From an uncultured Gemmataceae bacterium (GTDB lineage: Bacteria > Planctomycetota > Planctomycetia > Gemmatales > Gemmataceae), in contig CAVVPN010000011.1 of assembly GCA_963750165.1 (NCBI GenBank), forward strand, positions 1,248,001-1,312,000: 64,000 bases of DNA. The letters are read 5' to 3'. Under the pieces are notes generated by a model. It searched no databases and was not told the origin of the DNA. It saw nothing but the letters and a program-made list of their open reading frames with translations. A program made the position numbers and the translations under genes. The first letter of the stretch is position 1. The number at the start of each line of letters is the position of its first letter. Below, in pieces: positions 38,158 to 48,522 of this stretch.

Positions 38158-39621
38158 CTACCCCTTCAACAGCGCCTTCATGTGCCGCCTGTATGCCTCG
38201 ACGCCGGGCTGGCCATAGGGGTTGACGCCCAGCAGGCGGCCCTCAACAACGGTCGCGAGCATCAGCATTTGCAGGAGCTGGCCCATCGTGTGCTCCGACA
38301 GCGCCGGCAACACCAGGTCGGCGGTCGGCCGGGCCATGTCGTCATAGGCCTGGTTGGTGCCGCGGTGGGCCGCCTCCATCAGGTCGGGCAGTCCCTTGCG
38401 ACTGTAGACGTTCAGGTCATCGGCGTTGTTGTCCGCCATGCCGACCATGATGGGCGGCATCCGGCAGGTCTTGACAATCAGGTTGTTGATGAGTCGGTCA
38501 CGCGGCCCGTCCTGGTGCTGCTGGCCGCGCGTATGCAGGTCGCGCGTCTCGACGGCCGTCAGCGGTGTCGGGCCCTGGCCCTGCTTGCCCAGGCTCTCGG
38601 ACAGCAGCTGGTCGTACCACAGGCCCAGCCCCTCCAGCTTCTTCGACCACACCGACAGCACGCGGATCGGCTTATGGAGCTGCGTCGCCATGAGGTAGTT
38701 AACGCCGGCGTACTGCAGCACCGGGTTGCGCTCGAACGGCTCCTCCAGGAAGCGGCGCGCCATCGACGCCGCACCCAGCAGCAGCGCCCGCACGTCCAGG
38801 CCGAGCACCGCCGCGGGCAGCAGTCCGGCCGGTGTGAACACGGCGAAGCGGCCGCCCACGCCGTCCGGAATGGTCAGGATGTCCTCGGCGGGGTAGCCGT
38901 CCGCGATGCACAGATCGCGCAGCAGGCTGACCGGGCCGGTCACCGGCACCACCAGCTGGTGCAGTCGCTCGGAGTGCAGACCGTAATACTCTTTCAACTC
39001 GCGGCGGAAGGCGCGGAAGGCGGCGGCCATCTCCAGGGTGCCGCCCGACTTGCTGACGACGATCAAGCCCCAGCGTTCCTCGCGCAGTTCCGGGTCCACG
39101 CAGGTCGTCTGCAACAGGTCGAGCAGTTCCTGCAGGGCGTCGTTGTCGAGGTTGTTGCCCGCGAAATAGAGGCGTGGTACGCCGAGGCGGGCGTCGGGCG
39201 GCAGTTCATTGTGGTAGCCGCTGCGCAGGGCCTCGAACAGGGTGCGGGCGCCCAGGGAGGAGCCGCCGATGCCGAGAACGACAACGCGGTCGGTTTCGTT
39301 CTTGAGCTTCTCGGCCTGGGCCAGAACGCGGCCGAGGACGCTGGTTTCGCCCTGGCGGCGGTGCTGATCGAGGGTCTTCTGCGGCAGGTCGATGAAGCCG
39401 GCTTCGAGCGGTTGCATCTCCGGCGGCACCTGCTTGAGGTCGCGCTCGGCGGCGACCTGGCTGCGCACCTGCAACAGTCGCGGCGTCAGTTCCTTGAGGA
39501 GGTGGGCCGGCAGGTAGTGGCGGGCGCGCAATTCCGCGACGGTGGTCCACTCCTCCACCGCCGGCACCAGCAGCGACTGATACTGGTAGCTGATGGCCTC
39601 GTCGGGTAACTGCATGGTCAT
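38158..39621 (-). CDS. pgi: Glucose-6-phosphate isomerase
   Basis: GIGGSSLG, SKSGGTLE, GVGGRF, QLLSESLGK, DLHTRGQ, NPYGQPGVE. Confidence 0.9.
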   Translation of the reverse strand: MTMQLPDEAISYQYQSLLVPAVEEWTTVAELRARHYLPAHLLKELTPRLLQVRSQVAAERDLKQVPPEMQPLEAGFIDLPQKTLDQHRRQGETSVLGRVLAQAEKLKNETDRVVVLGIGGSSLGARTLFEALRSGYHNELPPDARLGVPRLYFAGNNLDNDALQELLDLLQTTCVDPELREERWGLIVVSKSGGTLEMAAAFRAFRRELKEYYGLHSERLHQLVVPVTGPVSLLRDLCIADGYPAEDILTIPDGVGGRFAVFTPAGLLPAAVLGLDVRALLLGAASMARRFLEEPFERNPVLQYAGVNYLMATQLHKPIRVLSVWSKKLEGLGLWYDQLLSESLGKQGQGPTPLTAVETRDLHTRGQQHQDGPRDRLINNLIVKTCRMPPIMVGMADNNADDLNVYSRKGLPDLMEAAHRGTNQAYDDMARPTADLVLPALSEHTMGQLLQMLMLATVVEGRLLGVNPYGQPGVEAYRRHMKALLKG

Positions 39622-39815
39622 GGCCGAGCCCACTTTCGTTGCGGTTCAACCGTTCGGCGTGCGCTGGAAGGGAAAGTCGCCGGCCGAGCCAGTGGGCGCG
39701 GCACGGTCGTTGGCGTCATCTCTACTGTACTGGACTCACCCGACCCGGTAAACTCCTGCACCACACAATCGTGAGGGCCTGCTTTCCGAAGCCAGCCAGC
39801 GCGATCCGACCGCAG

Positions 39816-39975
39816 CTACGCCCGCGCCGCGGCCACATCCTTGAGGTACGCCTCAAGGAAGGCAATGCTGGCGATCTTGACGAGGTCGGTCATCTCCTGC
39901 GGCGCAAGGCGGGCGCCGTAGGTGAGGTGGTGGGTCCTTCAATAAATAGCTCATACTTGTTCCCAGCGGTGGCCC
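39816..39975 (-). pseudogene. C-terminal remnant of an alpha/beta hydrolase-like gene
   Basis: AGNKYELFIEG / HHLTYGARL...VKIASIAFLEAYLKDVAAARA* across two frames. Confidence 0.4.
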
Positions 39976-40363
39976 ATGACACCGAAAACGATGGCGGGAA
40001 TGCAATTATCACGCGACGACGAGCGGGAAATGATTAACGCGCCAACATTCAACGTGCAGGAGGAACCCTATGTGGCACGTCGTTCTGGATGAGGCCACGC
40101 TGTCCAAACTCAGTAGATTCCAGTTGGCTCGTGGTATAGTTTCCAGACCTGGCGCGGTTCGCAGTCGCGTGGACCACAAACGGCAGGCCGGCGCTGCCAG
40201 GCGCCGCATCTCGACGTATGAAAAAGTTGGCCCCCTTGGCCTCCTTGGCCCCCTTGCTGCGACAGCGCAGGCCCCTGCTGGTCAAGCTGTGCCCGCCGTC
40301 CCACCCCGTGCGCGATCCGCGTGCGAACCGCTCCAGGTCATTCATACAGTGAGTATTTGCGCC

Positions 40364-40539
40364 GGGTGTCATGCTTTCGCGACCTTGGAGGCGCCGAACA
40401 ACAACTTCGTAGGACGGCTCTCCAGAGCCGTCCCGACGGCTCTGGAGAGCCGTCCTACTCTTGGAAGTTGTTGTTCGGCGCCTCCCTTGTAAACCGACCA
40501 TCCTTCTGACGCTGACCAGGCCGCGAAAGCATGGCACCC
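40364..40539. repeat. Triple-nested inverted repeat
   Basis: Outer GGGTGTCATGCTTTCGCG/CGCGAAAGCATGGCACCC; middle GGAGGCGCCGAACAACAACTTC with its perfect inverse; inner GTAG REP doublet. Confidence 0.85.
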
Positions 40540-40606
40540 AACACCCACGTGATCGAGCCCACCCGAGACCGCCGCTTGCAGGGGGTTCAAGCGGGGCGGC
40601 CCGCCT

Positions 40607-41893
40607 TCACTTCCTGGCCGCTTCGATGGCGTACAGGGTTTGGCTGAAGCCGCGCAGGTAAATCCGCCCGTTGGCGATGGCCGGCGACGCGATGAACTCG
40701 TCCGGCAGCGTGTTGACCGCCAGCTGCTCGAATTTCGGCCCGGCCTTCACCACCGTGAAGGTGCCGTCGCGCCCCGTCAGATAAATCTTGCCGTCCGCGT
40801 ACACCGGCGAGGCCCGGTAGCGCGTCGTGTGCAACCGCTTCTGATACACCTGCTTGCCTGTCTTCGCCTCCAGCACCGTCAGGATGCCGCTCTCGCCGCA
40901 CAGGTAGACGAGGCCGTCGTGGATCAACGGCGAGGGCACGTCCGGGGCGCCTTTGCTATTACGCCACAGTTCGAACGGACTGCCGGGGCCGATGGTTCCC
41001 TTCGCCCCCGGCTTGAGCGCCACCACCTGGGCGCCGCGGCAGGTCGGCACCACCAGCAGGTCACCGGACGCTACCGGCGACGAAATGATGCGGAAGGCGA
41101 AGTTGTACTTCGCGCTGGGGTTGAGGCCGGTCAGCCGCCAGACCTCGGCGCCGTCGCTGAGGCGGTGGCCGGTGGCGATGTCGGCGCCGAGCACCACCAG
41201 GCACGGGTCGCCGCCGTTCTGCCAGACGCACGGCGTCGTGTAGGCCTCCTTGCTCTCGCCCATCGCGTCCGTCTTGCGTGCCACCTTCCACACTTCCTTG
41301 CCTGTGGCCGGGTCCAGGGCGATCACCCAGTGGGCGTTCGCGTGCAGCAGCGTCAGGAACAGCTTGTCGCCGTGCAGCACCGGCGTCGTGTGGATGCCGT
41401 GCTGGATGCTGAATTTCTTGTAGCGATCCTGTACGTTGAACGCCCAGACCTGGTTGCCCTGGAAGTCGAAGCAGGCAAGATCCCCCGAAGCGAAGAAGGC
41501 GAAGACGCGCTTGCCGTCGGTGCAGGGCGACGCCGACGCCTGGTTCGTCTCGCCCTTCTTGAACAGCTTCGTCCCCGAGCCGACCTTGCGCTTCCACAGC
41601 GGCTTGCCGGACGTGTCCACGCACAGCAGCACCAGCTGGGCGCCGTCGCCGCTGGTCAGGAAAATGCGGTCGCCCCAGATGACGGGCGTCGAACCGCCCT
41701 TGCCCGGCAGCGGCAACTTCCAGACGACGTTCTTGTTCTCGCCCCATTCGGCGGGCAGTTTGGTTTCCTTGCTGACGCCGTTGGCCTCGGGGCCGCGCCA
41801 GCTCGGCCAGTTGTCCGCCCAGACCAGGGCCGCACACGACAGTGTCGCCCAGCAGGCCAGCACGTAGTGGTGACGGTGATTCCAGCGTCTCAC
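40607..41893 (-). CDS. Secreted PQQ-binding-like beta-propeller protein
   Basis: ADNWPSWRGP, GGSTPVIWGDRIFLT, ASPAIANGRIYLR; RBS GGAGGAG. Confidence 0.9.
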   Translation of the reverse strand: MRRWNHRHHYVLACWATLSCAALVWADNWPSWRGPEANGVSKETKLPAEWGENKNVVWKLPLPGKGGSTPVIWGDRIFLTSGDGAQLVLLCVDTSGKPLWKRKVGSGTKLFKKGETNQASASPCTDGKRVFAFFASGDLACFDFQGNQVWAFNVQDRYKKFSIQHGIHTTPVLHGDKLFLTLLHANAHWVIALDPATGKEVWKVARKTDAMGESKEAYTTPCVWQNGGDPCLVVLGADIATGHRLSDGAEVWRLTGLNPSAKYNFAFRIISSPVASGDLLVVPTCRGAQVVALKPGAKGTIGPGSPFELWRNSKGAPDVPSPLIHDGLVYLCGESGILTVLEAKTGKQVYQKRLHTTRYRASPVYADGKIYLTGRDGTFTVVKAGPKFEQLAVNTLPDEFIASPAIANGRIYLRGFSQTLYAIEAARK

Positions 41894-42047
41894 GGCAGCG
41901 TCTCCTCCAACACGCGATGTTTACGATTTCCCCAGGCACCCCGTTGTCCCAGTTCTACCGCCGCCTGCGGGATTGGGCAACGCCGGCTCGCCAACATTTC
42001 CGATCCCGGAGGCTCAGGGTGTGCCCCTCGATTTAGCCGAAACCCCG

Positions 42048-42088
42048 TTGACCCGGCTCACGGACCCGTGTATCTTCATCGTAGATAC
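42048..42088 (+). promoter_or_regulatory. mazEF promoter with overlapping operator palindrome
   Basis: TTGACC-N17-TATCTT; GTATCT-N7-AGATAC palindrome at 42070-42088. Confidence 0.65.
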
Positions 42089-42100
42089 CTGGAGGCCGCG

Positions 42101-42342
42101 ATGAAGACTCGTGTTCAAAAATGGGGTAACAGCCTCGCCCTTCGCATCCCCAAGTCCTTCGCTGTGGAGGCTGGCTTGCGGGCGAATGGCGCCGTCGAAC
42201 TCTCCGTCGTTGCAGGGCGCTGATCATCCAGCCGATCGCGCCGCCACCGCTCACCCTGGAGGAACTGTTGCGCGGCGTCACGGACGATAACCTCCCCGGA
42301 GAGTGGGATACCGGGCCGGCCATCGGCAAGGAGGTCTGGTGA
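42101..42342 (+). CDS. mazE: MazE/AbrB antitoxin; apparent frameshift near 42216
   Basis: MKTRVQKWGNSLALRIPK... then LIIQPIAPPPLTLEELLRGVTDDNLPGEWDTGPAIGKEVW* in the next frame. Confidence 0.9.
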
Positions 42343-42692
42343 GCCGGAAAAAGTCGTACGTTCCGGAACGAGGCGATGCCGTCTGGATCACCCTCGATCC
42401 GCAAGCAGGCCATGAACAGGCGGGGCGTCGGCCGGCGCTGGTGCTGTCGCCGGCCGCTTACAACGGTCGTGTGGGCCTGGCGCTGTTCTGCCCGATCACC
42501 GGTCAAGCGAAAGGCTACCCCTTCGAGGTGCCCATCCCTGCCGGCATGGCCGTCGCGGGTGTGGTCGGGGCGGACCAGGTGAAAAGCCTGGATTGGCGGG
42601 CGCGAAAAGCGGCCCGGATCGGTGCCATCCCGGAGGAAGTCGTTGCCGAAGTGCTGCAGCGCCTCCAGACCTTGCTTGCAGGTGGCGGCTAA
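42339..42692 (+). CDS. mazF: MazF endoribonuclease toxin
   Basis: YVPERGD, GHEQAGRRPALVLSP, CPIT, KGYPFEV, DQVKSLDWRAR; GTGA overlap with mazE. Confidence 0.93.
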   Translation: MSRKKSYVPERGDAVWITLDPQAGHEQAGRRPALVLSPAAYNGRVGLALFCPITGQAKGYPFEVPIPAGMAVAGVVGADQVKSLDWRARKAARIGAIPEEVVAEVLQRLQTLLAGGG

Positions 42693-42716
42693 CCAGACGC
42701 TGCAGAACCGGGGTCG

Positions 42717-43910
42717 TCACGCCGCCACCCCTTCAGAGAAGCAGCGCACCAGAGATTTCGTCCGGCGGCCGTTGTGCGGCAACGTGAACGGAAAGCCGAC
42801 CACCAGCCGCCGCGGCGCCGCCTCAATCGCGAACAATTGATTGCCCGTCGGCCACACGATGCTGCCAAGCACACGACCGGCCTTCAGGTCGATGGCGTGG
42901 ACGCCCGCCCGGCACTGCGCCGGGTCCAGTCCCGGGGCGTAATGGGCGTACTTCGGCAGCACACGACTGGTGCCGACGAACGCCAGGTCGCCGTGAAACG
43001 ACAGGCCGCGCGTCCAGCCCGGCAGCCGCAGCACCGCCTCGAACCGACCATCCACGATCCGCCCCACCTCGCCGTAGCCGCTGTTGTCCACCCACACCTC
43101 GCCGTCGCGCAGCCGGGCCGAGTGCGGCCGCGTCAGGCCGACCCCGCACACCTCGCGCGTTGCCCCCGAGAAGATGACGCCGCGCCGATCCACCGGGAAG
43201 TTCAGGTGTCCGGGCCGGCGCCGCGACGGCACCGCCGCGGAGGCGCCGAAGTAACTCGCCGTCAGTGAACCGCCCGCCGCGATGGAGTTCAGCTGGAGAT
43301 AATTGCGGTCCAGGCGCGGGCTGTCCCCGGCGTCGATGCAGCGCGGCCACCACACCGGCTCGAAGCCGCCTTCGCGCGGCAGCCGCACCACCGCGTTGAG
43401 GCCGACCGCGTTGGCGTACAGTTCGCCGCCGACCAGCGCCAGGTCGTGCAGGTACAGACAGCCCGGCAGGTAGCGCGACTGCACCGGCAGCAGCTGCCGC
43501 GCCGGCGCGTCACTACCGGGGCGGCCCGGGGCGGCGCCGGCACAGGGGGCGAAGTCGAAAATAACGTTTGGGTTGCGGGTGCTGGCGATGTGGACGCGGC
43601 CGGTCGCGGCGTCCACGGCCAGGCCGTTCGGGTGCGGCAGGTGCAGGTACGAGGTGCGCGGACGGCCGCCCTCGACGCAGAAAGCCATCACCAGATGTTC
43701 ATATTCGCGCGTCACGATCAGTGTGACGCCGAGCCGATCGAGGACGCCCCACCAGTCGCCGGTGACGCGGCAGGCGAACAGCCCGGGATCAACCTCCGCG
43801 GCCTGGCGCCACTGCGTCACGATCTGGTGCGGGTCGCGCAGTTCACCGTGGTGATGCGCCCATAGCGCCTCCAGGGCCGCGCCCTCCAAGATGGGTTGCC
43901 GGCCGCTCAT
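42717..43910 (-). CDS. TIGR03032/DUF4915-like protein
   Basis: LHDLAL, WWPRCI, QLNSIA, GLTRPHSAR, LPGWTRGL, FVGTSR; ATGA overlap with the GT2 gene. Confidence 0.75.
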   Translation of the reverse strand: MSGRQPILEGAALEALWAHHHGELRDPHQIVTQWRQAAEVDPGLFACRVTGDWWGVLDRLGVTLIVTREYEHLVMAFCVEGGRPRTSYLHLPHPNGLAVDAATGRVHIASTRNPNVIFDFAPCAGAAPGRPGSDAPARQLLPVQSRYLPGCLYLHDLALVGGELYANAVGLNAVVRLPREGGFEPVWWPRCIDAGDSPRLDRNYLQLNSIAAGGSLTASYFGASAAVPSRRRPGHLNFPVDRRGVIFSGATREVCGVGLTRPHSARLRDGEVWVDNSGYGEVGRIVDGRFEAVLRLPGWTRGLSFHGDLAFVGTSRVLPKYAHYAPGLDPAQCRAGVHAIDLKAGRVLGSIVWPTGNQLFAIEAAPRRLVVGFPFTLPHNGRRTKSLVRCFSEGVAA

Positions 43911-44584
43911 GCGCATCGCTTCCACCACAGGCTCACGGCTCCCAGATACATCCGGTACGCACTGCGCCAGGTGGTGCTCGACTTGCCGCCGTGCCGCCTG
44001 AAGCCGCGCACCGGAATCTCCACGACCGGCACCCGCAGCCGGCCGGCAGCGCTCAACAACTCCAGGTCAAGCAGATCGCCCCTGGCCGTCAGGTGCAGGG
44101 ATCGATACAGCCTGGCGTCGAAGATTTTGGGCGTGCCGTTCACGTCCTGGCAGCGGACGCCGCACAGCAGCCGGGCTTCGAGGTTGTAGAACAGCGAGCC
44201 GAGTTCGCGCGACCAGGCGTGACGTTCGCCGCGGCGGGCCTTGACCAGGCAGGGGCCGTTGCGGCGGTGGCAGTCCACGAACGCCGGCAACACTTCCGGG
44301 TCGGTGCGGGCGGTGTTGGTGTAGCACAGGACGCTACCGCGGGCGGCGTCCAGGCCGCAGCGCACCGACAGGCCCCAGCCGCCGCGCGGGTTCGGCACCA
44401 CGCGAACGCGGTCGTCGGCCGCCGCCAACTCCTCGACCACCGCCTGGGTGCGGTCGGTGCTGGCGTTCGGTACGACCACCAACTCGAAGGGTTCGCCCAG
44501 CGCCTCCAGCGGGGCCAGGTAGCGGCGCAGCACGGCGCCAATGTGGTCGGCCTGGTTGCGGCAGGGCAGAATCACGGACAACAT
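43907..44584 (-). CDS. Family 2 glycosyltransferase
   Basis: LSVILPCRN, ASTDRT, GWGLSVRCG, DVNGTPK; canonical acidic residues partly replaced. Confidence 0.85.
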   Translation of the reverse strand: MLSVILPCRNQADHIGAVLRRYLAPLEALGEPFELVVVPNASTDRTQAVVEELAAADDRVRVVPNPRGGWGLSVRCGLDAARGSVLCYTNTARTDPEVLPAFVDCHRRNGPCLVKARRGERHAWSRELGSLFYNLEARLLCGVRCQDVNGTPKIFDARLYRSLHLTARGDLLDLELLSAAGRLRVPVVEIPVRGFRRHGGKSSTTWRSAYRMYLGAVSLWWKRCA

Positions 44585-44606
44585 GTGAACCCTCTTTCGG
44601 ACTCAT

Positions 44607-44664
44607 CGAGCGGGGTCGCGTCAGCGCCCCGTGCGCGCACGGGGCGCTGACGCGACCCCGCTCG
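44607..44664. repeat. REP-like perfect hairpin
   Basis: CGAGCGGGGTCGCGTCAGCGCCCCGTGCG with its inverse; same family as 16313-16411. Confidence 0.85.
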
Positions 44665-44673
44665 TCGGATTGG

Positions 44674-45606
44674 CTACGCCGCGACCCGCGCCGGCAGCGC
44701 GTTCAGCGCCCGCTCCGCCAGCGCGGCGGCGTCCAGGCCGTGCTGCCGCAGCAAATACTCCGTGCTGCCGGAATGCTCCAGGAACGGCACCCGCACGCCC
44801 TGCATCGCCAGCCGGCAGCGCAGGCCGTGCTGCGCGATCGTCTCGCCGACCAGCGAGCCCAGGCCGCCCGCGATCGAGCCTTCTTCCACCGTCACCACCT
44901 TGTCGTACGCCTGCAGCAGCCGCACCAGTGCGGGGCTGCCGCGGAAGCCCAGGTGCGCCAGCACCGCCACGCTGGCGGCCACGCGCTGTTCGTGCAGCAG
45001 CTCCGCCGCCTTCAGCGCCTCGTGGACGATGGAGCCGATGCACAGCAACAGCACACCGCCGCCCGGCCGCACCAGCACCGGCGTGTCCAGCGCGAACGCC
45101 CCGTGCAGCGTGGGGATGTCGGGATATTCGTTCTTGTCGATGCGCAGGTAGACCGCGCCGGGCAGGTCCGCGGTGGCGCGGATGACGGCGCGCGTCTGGG
45201 CGCTGTCAGCGGGGCACAGCACCGTCGCGCCCGGCTGGGTGCGGGCGATGGTCAGGTCTTCCAGGCCGTGGTGCGTCGGGCCGGCGTGGCCGTAGGAGAA
45301 GCCGCCGCCAATGCCCACCACACGCACCGGCAGCCCGTGCAGCACCGGACCGTTGCGGAACTGCTCGTAACAGCGCATCGATGCGAACGTGGCGATCGAG
45401 TAGACGAACGGTACATGGCCCTCGCGCGCCAGTCCCGTGGCCACGCCGAGCATGTTCTGCTCCGCGACGCCGACGTTCAGGAACCGATCTGGGAAGCGGC
45501 GGGCGAACGGTTCCAGCACGCTCCAGCCCAGGTCCGCGGTCAGCAGCAGGACGCGCGGATCGTCCGCCGCCAGCGCACACAGGGCCTCGACGAACGCCTT
45601 CCTCAT
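44674..45606 (-). CDS. Transketolase-like protein, C-terminal subunit
   Basis: LLTADLG, NVGVAEQNM, GPTHHGLED, VTVEEG. Confidence 0.92.
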   Translation of the reverse strand: MRKAFVEALCALAADDPRVLLLTADLGWSVLEPFARRFPDRFLNVGVAEQNMLGVATGLAREGHVPFVYSIATFASMRCYEQFRNGPVLHGLPVRVVGIGGGFSYGHAGPTHHGLEDLTIARTQPGATVLCPADSAQTRAVIRATADLPGAVYLRIDKNEYPDIPTLHGAFALDTPVLVRPGGGVLLLCIGSIVHEALKAAELLHEQRVAASVAVLAHLGFRGSPALVRLLQAYDKVVTVEEGSIAGGLGSLVGETIAQHGLRCRLAMQGVRVPFLEHSGSTEYLLRQHGLDAAALAERALNALPARVAA

Positions 45607-46430
45607 GCCCGTCCCTCCAGCTCGCGCAGCGCCTGCGCCGCCAGCTCGGGCGACAGGTTGCGGTAGTGCCATTCCAGGCGGTTTTCCATGAACGACACGC
45701 CCTTGCCCAGGGCCGTCCGCGCCAGCAGCACGGTCGGGCCGCCGCGACCGTCCAGGCCCGTTGTCAGCGCCGCCAGCAGCGCCGCGGGGTCGTGGCCGTC
45801 CACGTCGATGGTCTCCCAGCCGAACGCGGCCCAGCGCCGCGCCAGCGGGCTCAAATCGAGGATGCCCGCGGTCGCGCCCAGTGCCTGCATGCCGTTGCAA
45901 TCGACCAGGGCGACGAGATTACTGAGCCGGTGCTGGGCGGCGAGCATGACCGCTTCCCAGACCTGGCCCTCGTTGCACTCGGCGTCGCTCAGCAGCGCGA
46001 AGACGCGCGCCGGCGAGCCGCGACGGGCCAGCGCCAGCGCCTGGCCGACCGCCACCGACAGCCCCTGGCCCAGCGAGCCGGTGCCCACCTCGACGCCAGG
46101 GACACCGGGCTCCGGATGCACCGCCAGCGGCGAACCATCACCGCAGTAGGTGGCGAAGGTGGCGTCGTCAATGCGGCCGATGTAGCGCAGCGCTGCGTAC
46201 AGTGCCAGCGCCGCGTGACCCTTGGCCAGGATGAAACGGTCGCGGTCGGGGTCGTCCGGGCCGGGGCAGCGCAGCACAGCGCCCCACAGCACGGCGATCA
46301 TCTCGATGACCGACAGGGCCGAGCCGATGTGGCCGACGTTGGACGCGAAGGACTGCTCCAGCACCCAGCGGCGCAGCGTGGCGGTCATGTGGCGGAGGTC
46401 AACCCGCGGCGGCGAACTGGCGTGCCCCAT
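45603..46430 (-). CDS. Transketolase-like protein, N-terminal TPP-binding subunit
   Basis: GHIGSALS, RDRFILAKGH, GSLGQG, SDAECNEG, VDGHD. Confidence 0.92.
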   Translation of the reverse strand: MGHASSPPRVDLRHMTATLRRWVLEQSFASNVGHIGSALSVIEMIAVLWGAVLRCPGPDDPDRDRFILAKGHAALALYAALRYIGRIDDATFATYCGDGSPLAVHPEPGVPGVEVGTGSLGQGLSVAVGQALALARRGSPARVFALLSDAECNEGQVWEAVMLAAQHRLSNLVALVDCNGMQALGATAGILDLSPLARRWAAFGWETIDVDGHDPAALLAALTTGLDGRGGPTVLLARTALGKGVSFMENRLEWHYRNLSPELAAQALRELEGRA

Positions 46431-47375
46431 AGTCGTCTCCCACCTTTCTCATCCACTCGGCCATGCGCTGCAGCCCGTGCCGCAGTCCGTGCCGCGCCTT
46501 CCAGCCCAGCAGCTGTGCCGCCCGCGACACGTCCGCCGACCAGCGTTCCGTGTCCCAGTGCCGCGCCGCCAGCGCGCCCAGCGCACCTCCGAGGTGCTGC
46601 CGAGCAGCTCCGTCACCGTGGCGACCACCTCGCGCAGCGTCGTCTCCTTGCCCGTACCGAGGTTCAGCACCTCGCCGCGCAGACCGACCAACTTCGGAAA
46701 CGCCGTCAGCGCCCGCACCACGTCCTCGACGTAGACGAAATCGCGGGCCGTCTCCGGCGCCACCATCTCCAGCGGCAGGCCGGCGCAGGCGCGGCGGATC
46801 ATCGTCGGAATGAGTCGCGTCGGCTCCTCCCACGGGCCGTACACCGAGAACAGCCGACACGTCACTGCCGTCAGCGGCGTCCTGCTGCTGAGCAGACCAC
46901 ACAGGTGCGTCTGCGCCGCCTTGGCGACCGCGTAAAAACTGTTCGGCTCCAGGCGGTCGGCCTCGCGCATGGGCTCGGTCTTGAAGCCGTACTCCGAGGA
47001 ACTGCCCGCGTTGACGAACAACTCGGTGGCGCTGCCGGCCGCGGCTTCGAGCAGGTTGTAGGTGCCGAGGATGTTCGTTTGCAGAATGGCGCGGGCGTCG
47101 GCCTGCTGCTCATAGGCCCCGTGCGTGGCCAGGTGCAGGACAACCCTGGGCCGAACCGCCCGCACCACCTCGCGGGTGGCGGCGGCGTCGGTCAGGTCGG
47201 CCCGGTGGACGTGCAGCTGTCGCCACAGCGGCGTCAACCGCCAGGCACGGCCGGGGTCGCGCAACAGGACGTGGACGGCGTGGCCGCGTCGAGCGAGGGC
47301 GCCAGCCACGCAGGCTCCGACGAACCCAGAACTGCCGGTCACCAGCACGGGGTCGAAGTCCGCCCACGTGCTCAT
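46399..47375 (-). CDS. NAD-dependent epimerase/dehydratase; apparent frameshift near 46577
   Basis: TGSSGFVG, GSSSEYG, YAVAK, RLFSVYGP, RDFVYVED; tail ADVSRAAQLLGW in the 46399 frame. Confidence 0.9.
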
Positions 47376-48319
47376 GCCGCCCTCCGGGCCGCGCCCAAAA
47401 AGTCCTCGTAGCCGAAGATGCCCAGCAGCGGCTTGGTGCGATACCCAATCTCCTCCTGCTCGGCGGCGCTCAACTCGGCGGCGGTGGCGCGGTTGGCCTC
47501 GGGCGTCGGCGTGCGCACCGTCCCCCACGGGTAGACCTGGTCCAGTGTCTGACCGTTCCAGCTCGGCTTCGCCAGCGTCGGGCTCGAACCGACGCCGAGT
47601 TTACTCAGGAATTTGCCCAGGACGCCGACGGGATCGACAACGATGTCCTCGAAGCGCAGCAGCGTGACGCGGCCGGGATACATGGCGGAGAAGGTCAGGG
47701 CCGCCTGCTGATTGAGGCACCAGCCGGTGATGTAGTGGGCCAGCGGCAGCGGCACGGCCCGCTTCTTGGTGTCGGCGTAGGCCGACCACGGGTTGCGGAT
47801 CACCTGCAGCACATGGCCGCCGGGCAGGTCCGTGACAATCTTGTCCGCGTCCACGACAATGATCGGGCTGTAACCGACGTAGGTGGACTCCTTGCTGCTA
47901 CGGCGGTAGTCCTTCCAGGCGTCGGCGGAGGCGCGGTAAAACGCTTCGATGAGGTTGGCGCGAGTGCGCGGCTTGCCCTGCATGTGGGCGACGAAGGCGG
48001 CCTTGCGGTCGCGGTCGCTCAGCTGCATGGGGTAGTCGCGGAACTTGCTCGACTGCGGCGTCTTGATGCGGACCTTGCACTCCTCGTCGATGATGGTTTC
48101 GTAATCGGCCTCAACGGTACTGCTGAGCGGGAAGACCGGCCAGCGGTACTTGACCGGGAACATACTGGTCAGGTGGTCGAGGACATACTTGCTGCCGGGC
48201 TGCGACTCGAAGGGATAGCTGAACAGTTCGGGGTGGCCGTCGAGCAGGCGCTGGGTGGTATTGCCGCCGTTCTCGTACATCGCCGAGATCATGATGAGCC
48301 GAAAATCCTTGGCCGTCAT
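47372..48319 (-). CDS. Sulfotransferase-family protein
   Basis: ENGGNTTQRLLDGHPEL, VIRNPWSAY (3'-PB-like), LRFEDIVVDP. Confidence 0.75.
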   Translation of the reverse strand: MTAKDFRLIMISAMYENGGNTTQRLLDGHPELFSYPFESQPGSKYVLDHLTSMFPVKYRWPVFPLSSTVEADYETIIDEECKVRIKTPQSSKFRDYPMQLSDRDRKAAFVAHMQGKPRTRANLIEAFYRASADAWKDYRRSSKESTYVGYSPIIVVDADKIVTDLPGGHVLQVIRNPWSAYADTKKRAVPLPLAHYITGWCLNQQAALTFSAMYPGRVTLLRFEDIVVDPVGVLGKFLSKLGVGSSPTLAKPSWNGQTLDQVYPWGTVRTPTPEANRATAAELSAAEQEEIGYRTKPLLGIFGYEDFLGAARRAA

Positions 48320-48522
48320 GGCTCCTCCCTGAGCACTGGGTCTTCCCGGGGACCGCACCCGCCACAGGCTGCGATTTCCGATGGGTGGAAATCGACGGGC
48401 AAGACTCGCAACTTATAGCCCGCGCCCGGCTCCGTGACAACAGATGTTTCGCTCGCGCTTTCGTCTTGCCGTCGTCGGCCGATTCTGCTCTAACGCCGCG
48501 CCCAAGTCAGGAGGCGTTGCTC

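Noticed and set aside
42101..42342. Programmed frameshift in mazE
   Set aside because: No slippery heptamer; same 1-bp G/C-run loss pattern as many other genes, so error is more likely
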